From: Bacteroidales bacterium
GTDB lineage: Bacteria > Bacteroidota > Bacteroidia > Bacteroidales > UBA932
Assembly (NCBI GenBank): GCA_017428035.1
Contig: JAFRRR010000132.1
Coordinates: 1,535 to 65,534 of the forward strand
Direction of reading: 5' to 3'
Length of the DNA: 64,000 nt
Shown piece by piece: positions 26,491-35,901 of this stretch (position 1 is its first letter; each line of letters begins with the position of its first letter). The position numbers and the translations under genes are program-made. The notes below the pieces were generated by a model. The model did no database searches, was not told the DNA's origin, and was given only the letters and a program-made list of their open reading frames with translations.

Positions 26491-29400
26491 TTAGAAGGTC
26501 GGACGGAAAATGAAGTTTATGTTTCTGCAGTAGGGGTAGTTGGTGCCCCGTTCGTAGTGCACGGTAGTGATGCGGGCCACGTCGCTCAGGCCGAAGCCCA
26601 CGGTGAGGCGCTTGAGCCCCAGCGCAGAAATGGCCCGGGCCGGGATCTCGTAGGTCACCTGCACCGACGAGATGTAGAGCTCGTTCTGCTTCTCCACAAA
26701 GCGCTCGCTGTAGTGCGCTGACTCAGTGCTCTGGATGGCCAGGTAGCGGGTATAGTCGCCTGGGGCCTTCCAGCGGTCGGTGAAGGCCCGCTCATCTACA
26801 TTGTAGTAAGGGTCGCACTTTTCTACCTTTTGCTGCAGGGTGTCGTTGTACACGTCTCCGCCAAATGTATAGGAGGTGGTCACACTCAGCGAGAATCCCT
26901 TGTAGCGGAGGGTGTTCATCCAGCTGCCGCGCACCCAGGGATTGGTGTTGCCCACTGCAACCCGCTCGTCGGCGTCATAGACAAACGTGTAGTCCCCGTT
27001 CTGCCGGATAAAGATTTCCTTGCCGGTGGCGGGGTCTATGCCGGCGGAGCGCATGGCATAGATGTCAAACTGGCTGCCGCCCTCGCGAAAGAGTATCTTG
27101 GGGCGGGTGGCGCTCTGATAATCATCCACTTCGGTGCCTTTCAGGGACTCTGCGATATGGTTGATCCTGTCCATCACGTGGCCGCCGGTTATAGAGGTGG
27201 ACCAGAACCAGTCGCCGGTGCGGACAATCTGCGCCGACAGGCTGAAGTCGAAGCCCTGGTTGGTCAGCTGTCCGAAATTGACGTACATGCTGGAAGTACC
27301 CACCGAGGGGGGCAGGCCGATGGACATCAGCATGTCATAAGAGGTGTTGATGTAATAGTCTGCCGACAGGTTGACGCGGCTGTCCCACAGTGCGGCCGTG
27401 AGGCCGAAATTGTTCTTGAGAGTGCGCTGCCACTTGAGGTCGGGGTTGCCCATCTGCTTAGGCAGGGCGCCTATGCCGGTGTAGTAGATATTGCCGTCGC
27501 CGTACTGGTAGATGGTCTTGGCTTGATAATAAGAGAATGAGACATTTCCCGTATAACCGCTGGAGGCTCTTAAAATCAAGCTGTTAAGCCATTTCCAATC
27601 TTTTGCAAAGGCTTCGTTGTGGATGTTCCAGCCAAGGCCGGCGGCCCAGAAAGGCGCGAAACTGTTGTCGCTGCCGAACTTGGAAGAACCGCTGGCGCGA
27701 TAAGAGACATCGGCGAAATAGCGGTTGCGGTAGCCGGCATTGACGTTGGCAAAGAAACCCACGCCGGTGTCTATGTTGTCGGTGCCGTTGGGAGAACCGT
27801 TCACCGGGTAGGAGAGGGCGAATTTGATGTCCGACAGATTGTCTTTAAGGAAACCCACCGCCCCGGCGCCCTGGCTCTGGCTGCGGTTGTAGTTGATTGT
27901 GGAGCCGCCGCTGAGGCGTATCATTGAGCCGTGGGTATCCAGCGAGCGGCCGTAATTGAGCACCAGTTTGCCGGCGGCGGAAATGCCGCTGTGGGACGAG
28001 AAGGTGTAGCTGCCGCGCTTGCTCACATCCATGTTCAGGAACTTGGCCTTGTCGGGCGATTCGTAGTTGTCGTTCGAACTCCAGTTGAGGTTCAAGCTGC
28101 CTTGGGAGGTGATGTAGAAGTTCTTTGTGACATTGTAGCGCAGCGAGATGGAGTTGTTGTCGCTCATCGAGCGGGTTTTCGAAAAACTGGACAGCGTGGC
28201 GTCGTATAGCGGGTTGTAAATCTGAACGGTAGAACTCGAGTAGGGGTTGAAGGGAATGGTCATCCTCAACTGGCCGTCCTCGTCGTAGATGGTTTCGTAG
28301 GGGTTCATCTTGACATAGTCGGAGAAATTGCCGTAGGGCGATTTGCGGCTGTCGGTCAGACTGAACGAGTTCTTATATGTGAGTGTGAGTTTGTTGCGCA
28401 AGTGGTAGCCGATAGTAAAGTTGAGGCCGTATCCGCGGCGGTTGTCGGCTTTCATCACGCCGTAGGTGTCGTTCAGATGGGCGGTGAGGCCAAAATCCAG
28501 TTTCTCTCCGCGGGAGGTCAGCGTCAGGGAGTGGTTGTGGCTGAAGGGCATACGCAGCGGTGCGCTCATCCAGTCGGTGTTCACGCCGCGCCGCACGTTC
28601 TGCAGTTTGTAGTCGTAAGCCTGGTCCAGGGAGCCGTCGGCACTCTCATACAGCCCTGCAAGCCGTTCGAACTCCAGTTTCTGGGCGGAGTTGGTCAGGT
28701 TGAAGGAACTCAGGTCCGGGAAACTGACTTTGGGCACGAAGTTGTAGCTGAGCTTGACCTTTTCGTTGCCTATGCGCTTGCGCTCCACCACAATGACGCC
28801 GTTGGCGCCTTTCTCGCCGTAGAGTATGGTGGCCGAGGCGTCCTTGAGTATGTCCACGCGCTCTATGTCAAAGATGTCCAGGTCGTAGAGTTCTTCCATC
28901 GTGATCTCTACGCCGTCAAGCACAATCAGCGGGTTGTTTACTCCCTCTTCGCTTTCGTTGGTTATCAGCGTGTTGGCGCCGCGTATCAAAATCGAGGGGA
29001 TGGCATTGGGGTCGCTTCCGAGGGCGTTGTTTTCCATTACCACCATGCCGGGGGTCATGGCCGCTATGCCGCTGATCAGGTTGGTGGGCGAGAGTTTTAC
29101 CAGCTCTTCGCCGGCAATCACGGTGCTGGCGCCGGTGAAGGTCTCTTTCTGCTGGTCATAGAAGCCGTTCACGACCACCGCATCCAGGGCAGTGTCGCTC
29201 TTGAGCCGGATATTCAGGGTGGTAGAAGAGCGCACGCTATGCTCCTGCGGTTCCATGCCTATAAACGAGTATTGCAGCACGGCCGTTTCGCCCGCTTTTG
29301 GCAGGGCAAACGAGAAAATATAGTTGCCTTCGGCATCGGCGCTGGTGCCCTGCCGGGAACCTTTGAGCATCACGTTGGCGCCGGCAAGCGGCTCGCCGTC

Positions 29401-29523
29401 GGTGTCTGTGATAACGCCTCTCACCGTGATTTTGGCCGTCGGGTTCTGCGCTGTCACCAGAAGGCTGGTCCATAGCAGGATGAGAGTGACGGCAAGACGG
29501 GATATTGGTTTTGAAGCACTCAT
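26491..29523 (-). CDS. SusC/RagA-family TonB-dependent transporter
   Basis: 1010 aa. Carboxypeptidase-regulatory-like domain (VRGVITDTDGEPLAGANVMLKG), plug (ILKDASATILYGEKGANGVIVVERK), terminal ...FIFRPTF. No STN domain. Confidence 0.95.
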   Translation of the reverse strand: MSASKPISRLAVTLILLWTSLLVTAQNPTAKITVRGVITDTDGEPLAGANVMLKGSRQGTSADAEGNYIFSFALPKAGETAVLQYSFIGMEPQEHSVRSSTTLNIRLKSDTALDAVVVNGFYDQQKETFTGASTVIAGEELVKLSPTNLISGIAAMTPGMVVMENNALGSDPNAIPSILIRGANTLITNESEEGVNNPLIVLDGVEITMEELYDLDIFDIERVDILKDASATILYGEKGANGVIVVERKRIGNEKVKLSYNFVPKVSFPDLSSFNLTNSAQKLEFERLAGLYESADGSLDQAYDYKLQNVRRGVNTDWMSAPLRMPFSHNHSLTLTSRGEKLDFGLTAHLNDTYGVMKADNRRGYGLNFTIGYHLRNKLTLTYKNSFSLTDSRKSPYGNFSDYVKMNPYETIYDEDGQLRMTIPFNPYSSSTVQIYNPLYDATLSSFSKTRSMSDNNSISLRYNVTKNFYITSQGSLNLNWSSNDNYESPDKAKFLNMDVSKRGSYTFSSHSGISAAGKLVLNYGRSLDTHGSMIRLSGGSTINYNRSQSQGAGAVGFLKDNLSDIKFALSYPVNGSPNGTDNIDTGVGFFANVNAGYRNRYFADVSYRASGSSKFGSDNSFAPFWAAGLGWNIHNEAFAKDWKWLNSLILRASSGYTGNVSFSYYQAKTIYQYGDGNIYYTGIGALPKQMGNPDLKWQRTLKNNFGLTAALWDSRVNLSADYYINTSYDMLMSIGLPPSVGTSSMYVNFGQLTNQGFDFSLSAQIVRTGDWFWSTSITGGHVMDRINHIAESLKGTEVDDYQSATRPKILFREGGSQFDIYAMRSAGIDPATGKEIFIRQNGDYTFVYDADERVAVGNTNPWVRGSWMNTLRYKGFSLSVTTSYTFGGDVYNDTLQQKVEKCDPYYNVDERAFTDRWKAPGDYTRYLAIQSTESAHYSERFVEKQNELYISSVQVTYEIPARAISALGLKRLTVGFGLSDVARITTVHYERGTNYPYCRNINFIFRPTF

Positions 29524-29664
29524 AATTTGTTACAATGGATAAGTGGCTGGTACTTTGAACTCCGGCCAAATTCCACCGCCTAAAATTAGAGCGGTGACTA
29601 ATAAATCGCAATACCTAAAAATGGGGATATTTATCGCCTTCCGCATTTTTTGTATATTAGCGGA

Positions 29665-31734
29665 ATGAAACAATTCAAGATAATGTCGCTATTGCTGGCC
29701 CTGGCGCTGGCAGCGTTTGCTTCCTGCTCCAAAGATGTGCCCGACGAAGATTTGGCAAGGGGTTATCTGGGTCAATATCCCTCCCGCAACACCGCCTTCG
29801 AGCGGGACTGGGCCTCCCAGAAGGAGATAACTCTGGTAACATCCTATTACAAAGAAAATGACAGGCCGGTGGTCCAGACCATCGACGTCCCCCTGCCCTG
29901 GGCGTGGGATCTGGGGCCGCAGCAGTGGCTGCCACAGTATACAGCCCGCAACATGGCGGAGAATGACAGCCGCGACTGGAGGCTGGTGTTCAACCTGACC
30001 GGTATCGACCAGAAGCCGGGCGAGCACTATTTCGGCCTCTACAACCGCTACACCGGCATCCTGCGCATATTCTACTATCTCACAGAAGACAAGGTCCCCT
30101 CTTCCGACGCCAACGACCACATGTGGACGATGGGCCTTAGCAAGGATCTGCTGGAGCACGTGATATATCAATATGCCATTCCATATTCCGAGTCGGTTAC
30201 AGAAAACTATAAAAACGCGCTGGGCGGCAACGACGCCGTGTTCAAGACCACAGCCCTGACATCTTCCTGCACCGACGACGGCAAGGTGATTCCGGCGGTC
30301 GGCTGGTGGGCATACGACATAGACATGTCTGCCATGCGTCCCCACGACTTCTTCTCTTCCGACCGCAGCATAATGCGTCCCGGAATGAACGTGTTCAACC
30401 AGGACAACGTGATACTCAACTCTCTGATGCACGGCAGCCTGGACGGCACCTTCTCGGGCAACATCAACCTCAATTCCCTCAAGGGCTCAGGCACCACCGC
30501 TGCGGGCCGCCTGAGCGGCGCCTTGGGAGGCTTTGCCGGCTCGCTGCTGACCAACTGCACCTTCCTTTCAGAACTTTTTTCCCCGGGCGGGCTGGCGGGT
30601 GCTGGTATAACGGCCCTGATAGGGGTGGGCATAGGCGCTATCGCAAAGAGCGCGGAGTCATCTTTTGTAAGAGGCATTCAAGACCCCGACAAACTGGGTG
30701 ATGTGGGCGGCAAAATAAACCTTACGCTGGATGCCACCATAGAGACCGTGGGTACGATAGGCGGCGAGAGAACCACGCTGGTTCCCAGCCCCGAACTGAA
30801 TGTGGCATCTTTCTTCAAGAAAAAGACCCCCGAAGGTGAACCTACCTGCCTGGGAGAAGGGGTCTGGAATATTGCCAACCACCCTGTGATATATGTCGTA
30901 AAGGACGCTTTCTGGGGCGATAAACCCAAATTCTCTTCTGTAGAGAAGGTTCAGAGCGAGGGGCGCGACGCCTACCAGCTTACCATAGATCCCGACAACA
31001 TTGGCCTCAGGCTCATTTCGTTCCTCGATCCCAGTTCGATAGGGCGCGTGAGGGTCAATCCTAACGCAGTGCCGGCCAATGTCAAGGATAACATGTCAGT
31101 CAGGGTCTCCTACGGCGTTCTGAACGGTTCGGCACCCGGCTACACCAACGGCTTCCGCAAGGCCATCGGCCTGGAATACACCGCCCCGGCAATCACCGAC
31201 AAGTCGGCCTACCAGTCCGATGACGAAGGCGTAGGTTTCAAGGTCATAAAGAAATACCATGCAGATGAGATATTTCTGACCAAGATCAGCGAAGAAGACA
31301 AGGATATCATGGCCCACCGCCTGAGCCAGCAGAAGATAGGGGAGAAGATACACCGCCGCCTATACGGTGCATCGGCATTCTACTGCAATAAGAATGCGGC
31401 CTCTGACGAACTGGACGATGTGATGATGGTGGCCGACCCCGAGGTATATCTGCCGGTCAATTCGGCCGACCGCCTGCTGTTCAACGCCGACCTGCCCGAC
31501 TTTATAGTCACGGCGGTGCTTTCGCTCAAGGGCCTCGAAAATGGGGAGGAGGTGGTTCAGATCCACACTCTCAATTTCATCCCCAAGATAGAGTTCATCT
31601 CTGCAGGTGACCTGCAAAAGGTTTATGAAGAGATCCGGGACAGGTGCAGCAACCTGCCCACCGACAGCGTAGATTATCCCCAGATCGCAGACGATCTTGC
31701 CAAAATCAAAAAGCTAGTGGACAATGCAAAATAG
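29665..31734 (+). CDS. Large lipoprotein of unknown function with internal Gly-zipper/hydrophobic segment
   Basis: ATG at 29665 (MKQFKIMSLLLALALAAFASC). I recognise no family. Residues ~258-372 carry GLAGAGITALIGVGIGAIA plus alternating-polarity strands. Confidence 0.7.
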   Translation: MKQFKIMSLLLALALAAFASCSKDVPDEDLARGYLGQYPSRNTAFERDWASQKEITLVTSYYKENDRPVVQTIDVPLPWAWDLGPQQWLPQYTARNMAENDSRDWRLVFNLTGIDQKPGEHYFGLYNRYTGILRIFYYLTEDKVPSSDANDHMWTMGLSKDLLEHVIYQYAIPYSESVTENYKNALGGNDAVFKTTALTSSCTDDGKVIPAVGWWAYDIDMSAMRPHDFFSSDRSIMRPGMNVFNQDNVILNSLMHGSLDGTFSGNINLNSLKGSGTTAAGRLSGALGGFAGSLLTNCTFLSELFSPGGLAGAGITALIGVGIGAIAKSAESSFVRGIQDPDKLGDVGGKINLTLDATIETVGTIGGERTTLVPSPELNVASFFKKKTPEGEPTCLGEGVWNIANHPVIYVVKDAFWGDKPKFSSVEKVQSEGRDAYQLTIDPDNIGLRLISFLDPSSIGRVRVNPNAVPANVKDNMSVRVSYGVLNGSAPGYTNGFRKAIGLEYTAPAITDKSAYQSDDEGVGFKVIKKYHADEIFLTKISEEDKDIMAHRLSQQKIGEKIHRRLYGASAFYCNKNAASDELDDVMMVADPEVYLPVNSADRLLFNADLPDFIVTAVLSLKGLENGEEVVQIHTLNFIPKIEFISAGDLQKVYEEIRDRCSNLPTDSVDYPQIADDLAKIKKLVDNAK

Positions 31735-32650
31735 AGTTAAACATATCGGCATCATCCTCCCGGTGCTGCTCTCCATATTGGTCTGCGCCTGCCAGAAGCG
31801 TGAACTTGATGACCCCGTGATTTACGACGATGCGGAATATATCCTTGGCGGCCTTGTAAATACCGACAGGTATGACGGCGTTTTGCGCCCCATCCGCGGC
31901 CGCTTTACCGGCGAAGGGGAGCTGACAGTCCCGGTGGCCTCATTCGACGAGGCGCAGGAGTTCTTTCTCTCCCTGCTGCCTCCCTATGCAGAGACTTCCA
32001 TCACCGGCGACAGGATAGCCTATAAGCTCACCGACGGGCAGGATGCCGCCCAGGGCGAAGCTGTTTTCACCAAGGATGCCGAGGGAGTGGCGCGGCTCAC
32101 CCTGCCGGCGGCCTGCAATCCCGTGAGGGTGGTCCTCTTTGCCTCGCCGCAGGACATGTTGCTGGAGGCTGTCGACCCCGATGTCAAGGAGGATCTGGAA
32201 GACAATTACTACTACGGCGCTATTGTGAATATCGCCGACCACGGCTGCGGCTCGGGCAAGTTTGTGGTGCTGCGCGAATATAACTTTGGCAACGGCGCAT
32301 GCGGCATGGCCATCCGTCTGGACAGCCGCCGCTGGCACGACAGCGAGATGAGCCAGGGCAGCACGGAACACGACATCGCCGCCCGCGCCAGCTGCCTTTC
32401 GACTATGAGGACTGCGGGGGCGATTATCCGCTCCGACTGGAATGTGATCACTAAGCAGCTCACCAATGCCGGCAGCATCATGCCCACCCAGCATTTCTAT
32501 TCGTCCGACAGGCAATGGACCGGCCGGCACTACTACTACTGCTTCCACGACGAAGAAACGGACACCATAGGGCCCTTCAACGACCTGGAGTTCTACGAGG
32601 CCTGGATCTACTGGTTCCAGCCCAGCGGCAATAGCATCTATTTCTGGTAG
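31724..32650 (+). CDS. Lipoprotein of unknown function
   Basis: 308 aa with lipobox VCAC. Overlaps the upstream gene by 11 nt, so probably co-translated. No recognisable motifs. Confidence 0.65.
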   Translation: MQNRVKHIGIILPVLLSILVCACQKRELDDPVIYDDAEYILGGLVNTDRYDGVLRPIRGRFTGEGELTVPVASFDEAQEFFLSLLPPYAETSITGDRIAYKLTDGQDAAQGEAVFTKDAEGVARLTLPAACNPVRVVLFASPQDMLLEAVDPDVKEDLEDNYYYGAIVNIADHGCGSGKFVVLREYNFGNGACGMAIRLDSRRWHDSEMSQGSTEHDIAARASCLSTMRTAGAIIRSDWNVITKQLTNAGSIMPTQHFYSSDRQWTGRHYYYCFHDEETDTIGPFNDLEFYEAWIYWFQPSGNSIYFW

Positions 32651-32656
32651 AGTTTT

Positions 32657-34258
32657 CTATTTAGCCAGTTCGGAGAACCGCATCAGGGCAGTGATGCTCT
32701 GCCAGGTGCAGTTTGCCCAGATGTCATTGAATCCGTCAGGGTCCATGTTGAACATTACTGTGGGAATGCGTCCATTTTCTTCCTGAACCCTGACGATGCT
32801 GTCCACCAGAGTCTTGGCCTTTGCCAGCGCCAAAAGGTCGCCGGTGTGCTGATACACTCTCATCCAGGCCATAGCCACGCCGGCGGTGCTGTGGTCCACC
32901 GGCACCTGGAAATCGAACTGCTCGTATACGAAAGGGATGGCGTCCATCTTTCCTTCGTTAGCAACATCCAGCGGTGAATTCCAGCAGGTGAACTGATCCT
33001 CTGCAAAGCGGGCCATTTCAAAGCAGGCGTCAATCTCCTTCTGGCTGGGCTTGGGCTTGGCCAGCAGATAGTCTATGCAATCTACTGCGACACAGTTGGT
33101 CAGATCCTGGAACGGGGCGTGTCCCTCTACATTCACATCTTCGAACTGCCCGTTGAAGTTGAATGTCGCAATGGAGTTTTCCCAAAGCCAGGCTTCAGAC
33201 TTGGCCACCATATCATCAAAGCCTTTGACCTTATACTGGTCTTTGAGCCGCTGTGCCAGCTGCAGGATAGTGGTGGGCATACACGGGGCTGGAATGGTTG
33301 GTTCGCCGGTGTAATAGTTAACCTTCATGGGCCAGAAACCGTCTTCTGCCTGCAAGCTGCGGTAGGTCTCGGCAATATGGCAGGCAAAATCGAGATATTG
33401 CTTCTCTTTTGTGACGTCATACAGGTCCAAAAGGGCCTTGGCTGCGCATACCGCCTCCACGAACATTGTGGTCTCTTTGTTGCGGTCCAGTACGCCGGTG
33501 ATACCCTGTCCTTCTTCACCGTGGAAATAGGTGGGCGGGAAATAGGCAAGAGGTTCGCCTTCGGGGCGGGAATACTTCATAAGGGCCGCTGCCGCGTTGC
33601 GGGCAATTGTGAGTGCATCGTCTTTGAGATCTTTGTTGCGGGTGGCCAGAAAGCATTCGCATTGCACTATTGCGCTCCAGATTTTGCAGGCGTAGCAGTT
33701 GAAGCGATATCCCAGATTGGGCTCGGCGCTTGCCAGCCAAAGCTGGCCTATGGGGCTGTTGTGGATATACTCAGCCGCCTTCAGAGCCGCTGCCGAATAG
33801 TCGTCTGATACCGATGGGTAAGGGCCTATGAACGGATAGTCTTTTGTGAACTCTCTTGTCTCCGGCTCACCCACATTCCCGCGCTCGGCATCTATGGCTT
33901 GCACGCTGAGGTTTATCTTGCCGAACGGCAGTTCTTTCCATATGGGGGTCAGCGCGGCGCGCGGTGTGTCGCTGGTAAAGAACAGGGTGGTGTCACCGCC
34001 GGTAGCCGTGAAAACATAGGCAGCGGCATTATCCACATCGTCAAAATCAAACGCCGGGGCATAGGTGAACTTGAAGGAATATTTGTTCCAGAAAGGGACC
34101 TGGCCGCGGATGCCCCGATGCACCGGCTGCAGGTATTCCTCCGCTGCGCGGATATTCAACTCGTCGTAGTCCAGAAACGGCAGCCCTTTGCTCTGTGGCT
34201 TGCAGCCTGCGATGCACATCATAGCGATGGCGGATATAAGTAAGAGAGACTTTTTCAT
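32657..34258 (-). CDS. Lipoprotein, paralog A; N-terminal beta-sandwich-like region + possible alpha/alpha-toroid domain (function unknown)
   Basis: 533 aa with lipobox IAGC. Colinear with 34270..35901. QW-like motifs LQAEDGFWP and VQEENGRIP. Confidence 0.7.
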   Translation of the reverse strand: MKKSLLLISAIAMMCIAGCKPQSKGLPFLDYDELNIRAAEEYLQPVHRGIRGQVPFWNKYSFKFTYAPAFDFDDVDNAAAYVFTATGGDTTLFFTSDTPRAALTPIWKELPFGKINLSVQAIDAERGNVGEPETREFTKDYPFIGPYPSVSDDYSAAALKAAEYIHNSPIGQLWLASAEPNLGYRFNCYACKIWSAIVQCECFLATRNKDLKDDALTIARNAAAALMKYSRPEGEPLAYFPPTYFHGEEGQGITGVLDRNKETTMFVEAVCAAKALLDLYDVTKEKQYLDFACHIAETYRSLQAEDGFWPMKVNYYTGEPTIPAPCMPTTILQLAQRLKDQYKVKGFDDMVAKSEAWLWENSIATFNFNGQFEDVNVEGHAPFQDLTNCVAVDCIDYLLAKPKPSQKEIDACFEMARFAEDQFTCWNSPLDVANEGKMDAIPFVYEQFDFQVPVDHSTAGVAMAWMRVYQHTGDLLALAKAKTLVDSIVRVQEENGRIPTVMFNMDPDGFNDIWANCTWQSITALMRFSELAK

Positions 34259-34269
34259 AGTATTTCAGG

Positions 34270-35901
34270 TTATTTTGAATTCAATATTCTGTCCAAACGC
34301 ATAAGCTTTTCTATGCTGCTGAAGGTGCAGTTGACCCAGTGCTCGGTGATGTCAACGTCAGTGCCCATATTCAGTGAGGTGGGGATGCAGCCGGTTTCGG
34401 GGTCCTGCAACTTTACGATGCTGTCTACCAGCGCCTTGGCCTTGGCCAGCGCAAGAGCGTCGCCGGTTGCTTCGTAGATATTCATCAGGGCGTTTGCCAC
34501 GCCCACGGTGCTTGCGTCTATGGGGCACTGGAAGGAGTACTGCTCATAGACGAACGGAGTGGAAAAGGCGTCGCCGGCATCGCCCCTGGCATCTTCGTCC
34601 AGCGGCGAGTGCCACCGGGTGAACTGGTCCTCTGCAAAGCGGGCCATCTCCACGCAGGCGGCTTTCTCTTTTTTGGACGGATGCGGCTTGTGCAGCAAGT
34701 AATCTATGCAGTCCACCGCAATGCAGTTGGTCAGGTTCTGGTACACCGCCTTGTCGGCCACATTCACATCTTCGAACTGCCCGTTGAAGTTGAAATTGGC
34801 GATGGTGTTTTTCCAGAGCCAGTCTTCTGTTTCGGCAATCATCTTCTCAAACCCCTTGACCTTATATTTATCGTGCAGGCGCTGGGCCAGCTGCAGGATG
34901 GAAGTGGGCATACAGCGGGCGTCGGTGATAGGCTCGCCGGTGTTTTTGTTGACCTTGACGGGCCAGGAACCGTCCTCTGCCTGCAGGTCGCGATAGGTTT
35001 CTGCAATGTGGCGGGCGTGGTCAAAGTATTTTTCTTCGCCGGTGACATCGTAGAGGTCCAGCAGCGCGTCGGCTGCCATCACTGCATCGGCAAACATTGT
35101 GTAGTCGCGATTGCGGTCAATCACCCGCTGAATGTACCATATCAGGGTGTCGCCTTCGCGGCCGTAGTAGGTCGGGGGGAAGTAGGGCAGGGGGCCGTCG
35201 GTGCCCTGCGACTGGGCAATCAGCTGGTCTGCTGCCGTGCGGGCCACCGAGAGCGCTTCTTCACGGTATTCAGGCTTCTGGCCTGCAAGAAAACATTCTA
35301 TCCTGATGGTGCCGCCCCAGATTTTGTTGGGGTAGCAGTTGAGCATGTAGCGCAAATCGGGAAGGGTGTCCTTTTTCCATCCCTGCACTACGGCGCTGCG
35401 GTGGATGAATTCCGCCGCCTTCAAAGCCGCTTCGCGGTAGTCCCTGGGGGCGGGGTCGTAGGGGCCGTGAAACGGATTGTCCCGCTCGAAAGAGCGGCGC
35501 TGGGGTTCGCCCACCGGGTTGCCGTCCTTGTCCAAAGCCTGGACGCAAAGCAAAGCATCGCCCACCGGAATCTCGTTCCAGACGGGCGACAGGGCCTGCC
35601 TGGGAGAGTCGGCATTGAAAGAAAACGCCTTGTCGCCGGCGGTTATGGTGTACAGATAGTCGGCGGCGCCCTCTACGTCGTTAAAATCAAACGCCGGAGC
35701 ATAAATGAATTTGAAGGAATAGGCATTCCAGAAAGGGACTTCGCCCCTGATGCCCGGGTGGACAGGCTGCAGATATTCCGCGGCGGCCTGTGCATTAAGA
35801 ACTTCGTAGTCAAACTCTGGCACGGTGCGGCGGCCGGTGCAACTAGCAATAAGGGCGCAAATGATTGCGCCCTCAATTGCAAGAAATAGCCTTTTGTCCA
35901 T
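34270..35901 (-). CDS. Lipoprotein, paralog B of 32657..34258
   Basis: 543 aa with lipobox IASC. Long identical blocks shared with paralog A (LQLAQRL.D.YKVKGF, ATFNFNGQFEDVNV, EMARFAEDQFT.W.SPLD). Confidence 0.7.
   Translation of the reverse strand: MDKRLFLAIEGAIICALIASCTGRRTVPEFDYEVLNAQAAAEYLQPVHPGIRGEVPFWNAYSFKFIYAPAFDFNDVEGAADYLYTITAGDKAFSFNADSPRQALSPVWNEIPVGDALLCVQALDKDGNPVGEPQRRSFERDNPFHGPYDPAPRDYREAALKAAEFIHRSAVVQGWKKDTLPDLRYMLNCYPNKIWGGTIRIECFLAGQKPEYREEALSVARTAADQLIAQSQGTDGPLPYFPPTYYGREGDTLIWYIQRVIDRNRDYTMFADAVMAADALLDLYDVTGEEKYFDHARHIAETYRDLQAEDGSWPVKVNKNTGEPITDARCMPTSILQLAQRLHDKYKVKGFEKMIAETEDWLWKNTIANFNFNGQFEDVNVADKAVYQNLTNCIAVDCIDYLLHKPHPSKKEKAACVEMARFAEDQFTRWHSPLDEDARGDAGDAFSTPFVYEQYSFQCPIDASTVGVANALMNIYEATGDALALAKAKALVDSIVKLQDPETGCIPTSLNMGTDVDITEHWVNCTFSSIEKLMRLDRILNSK

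Noticed and set aside
29574-29596. 6-bp hairpin caccgc-N11-gcggtg in the SusC/lipoprotein divergent spacer
   Set aside because: The stem is short with a large loop and no U-tract, so it could easily occur by chance. No -7 box could be assigned in this spacer either.
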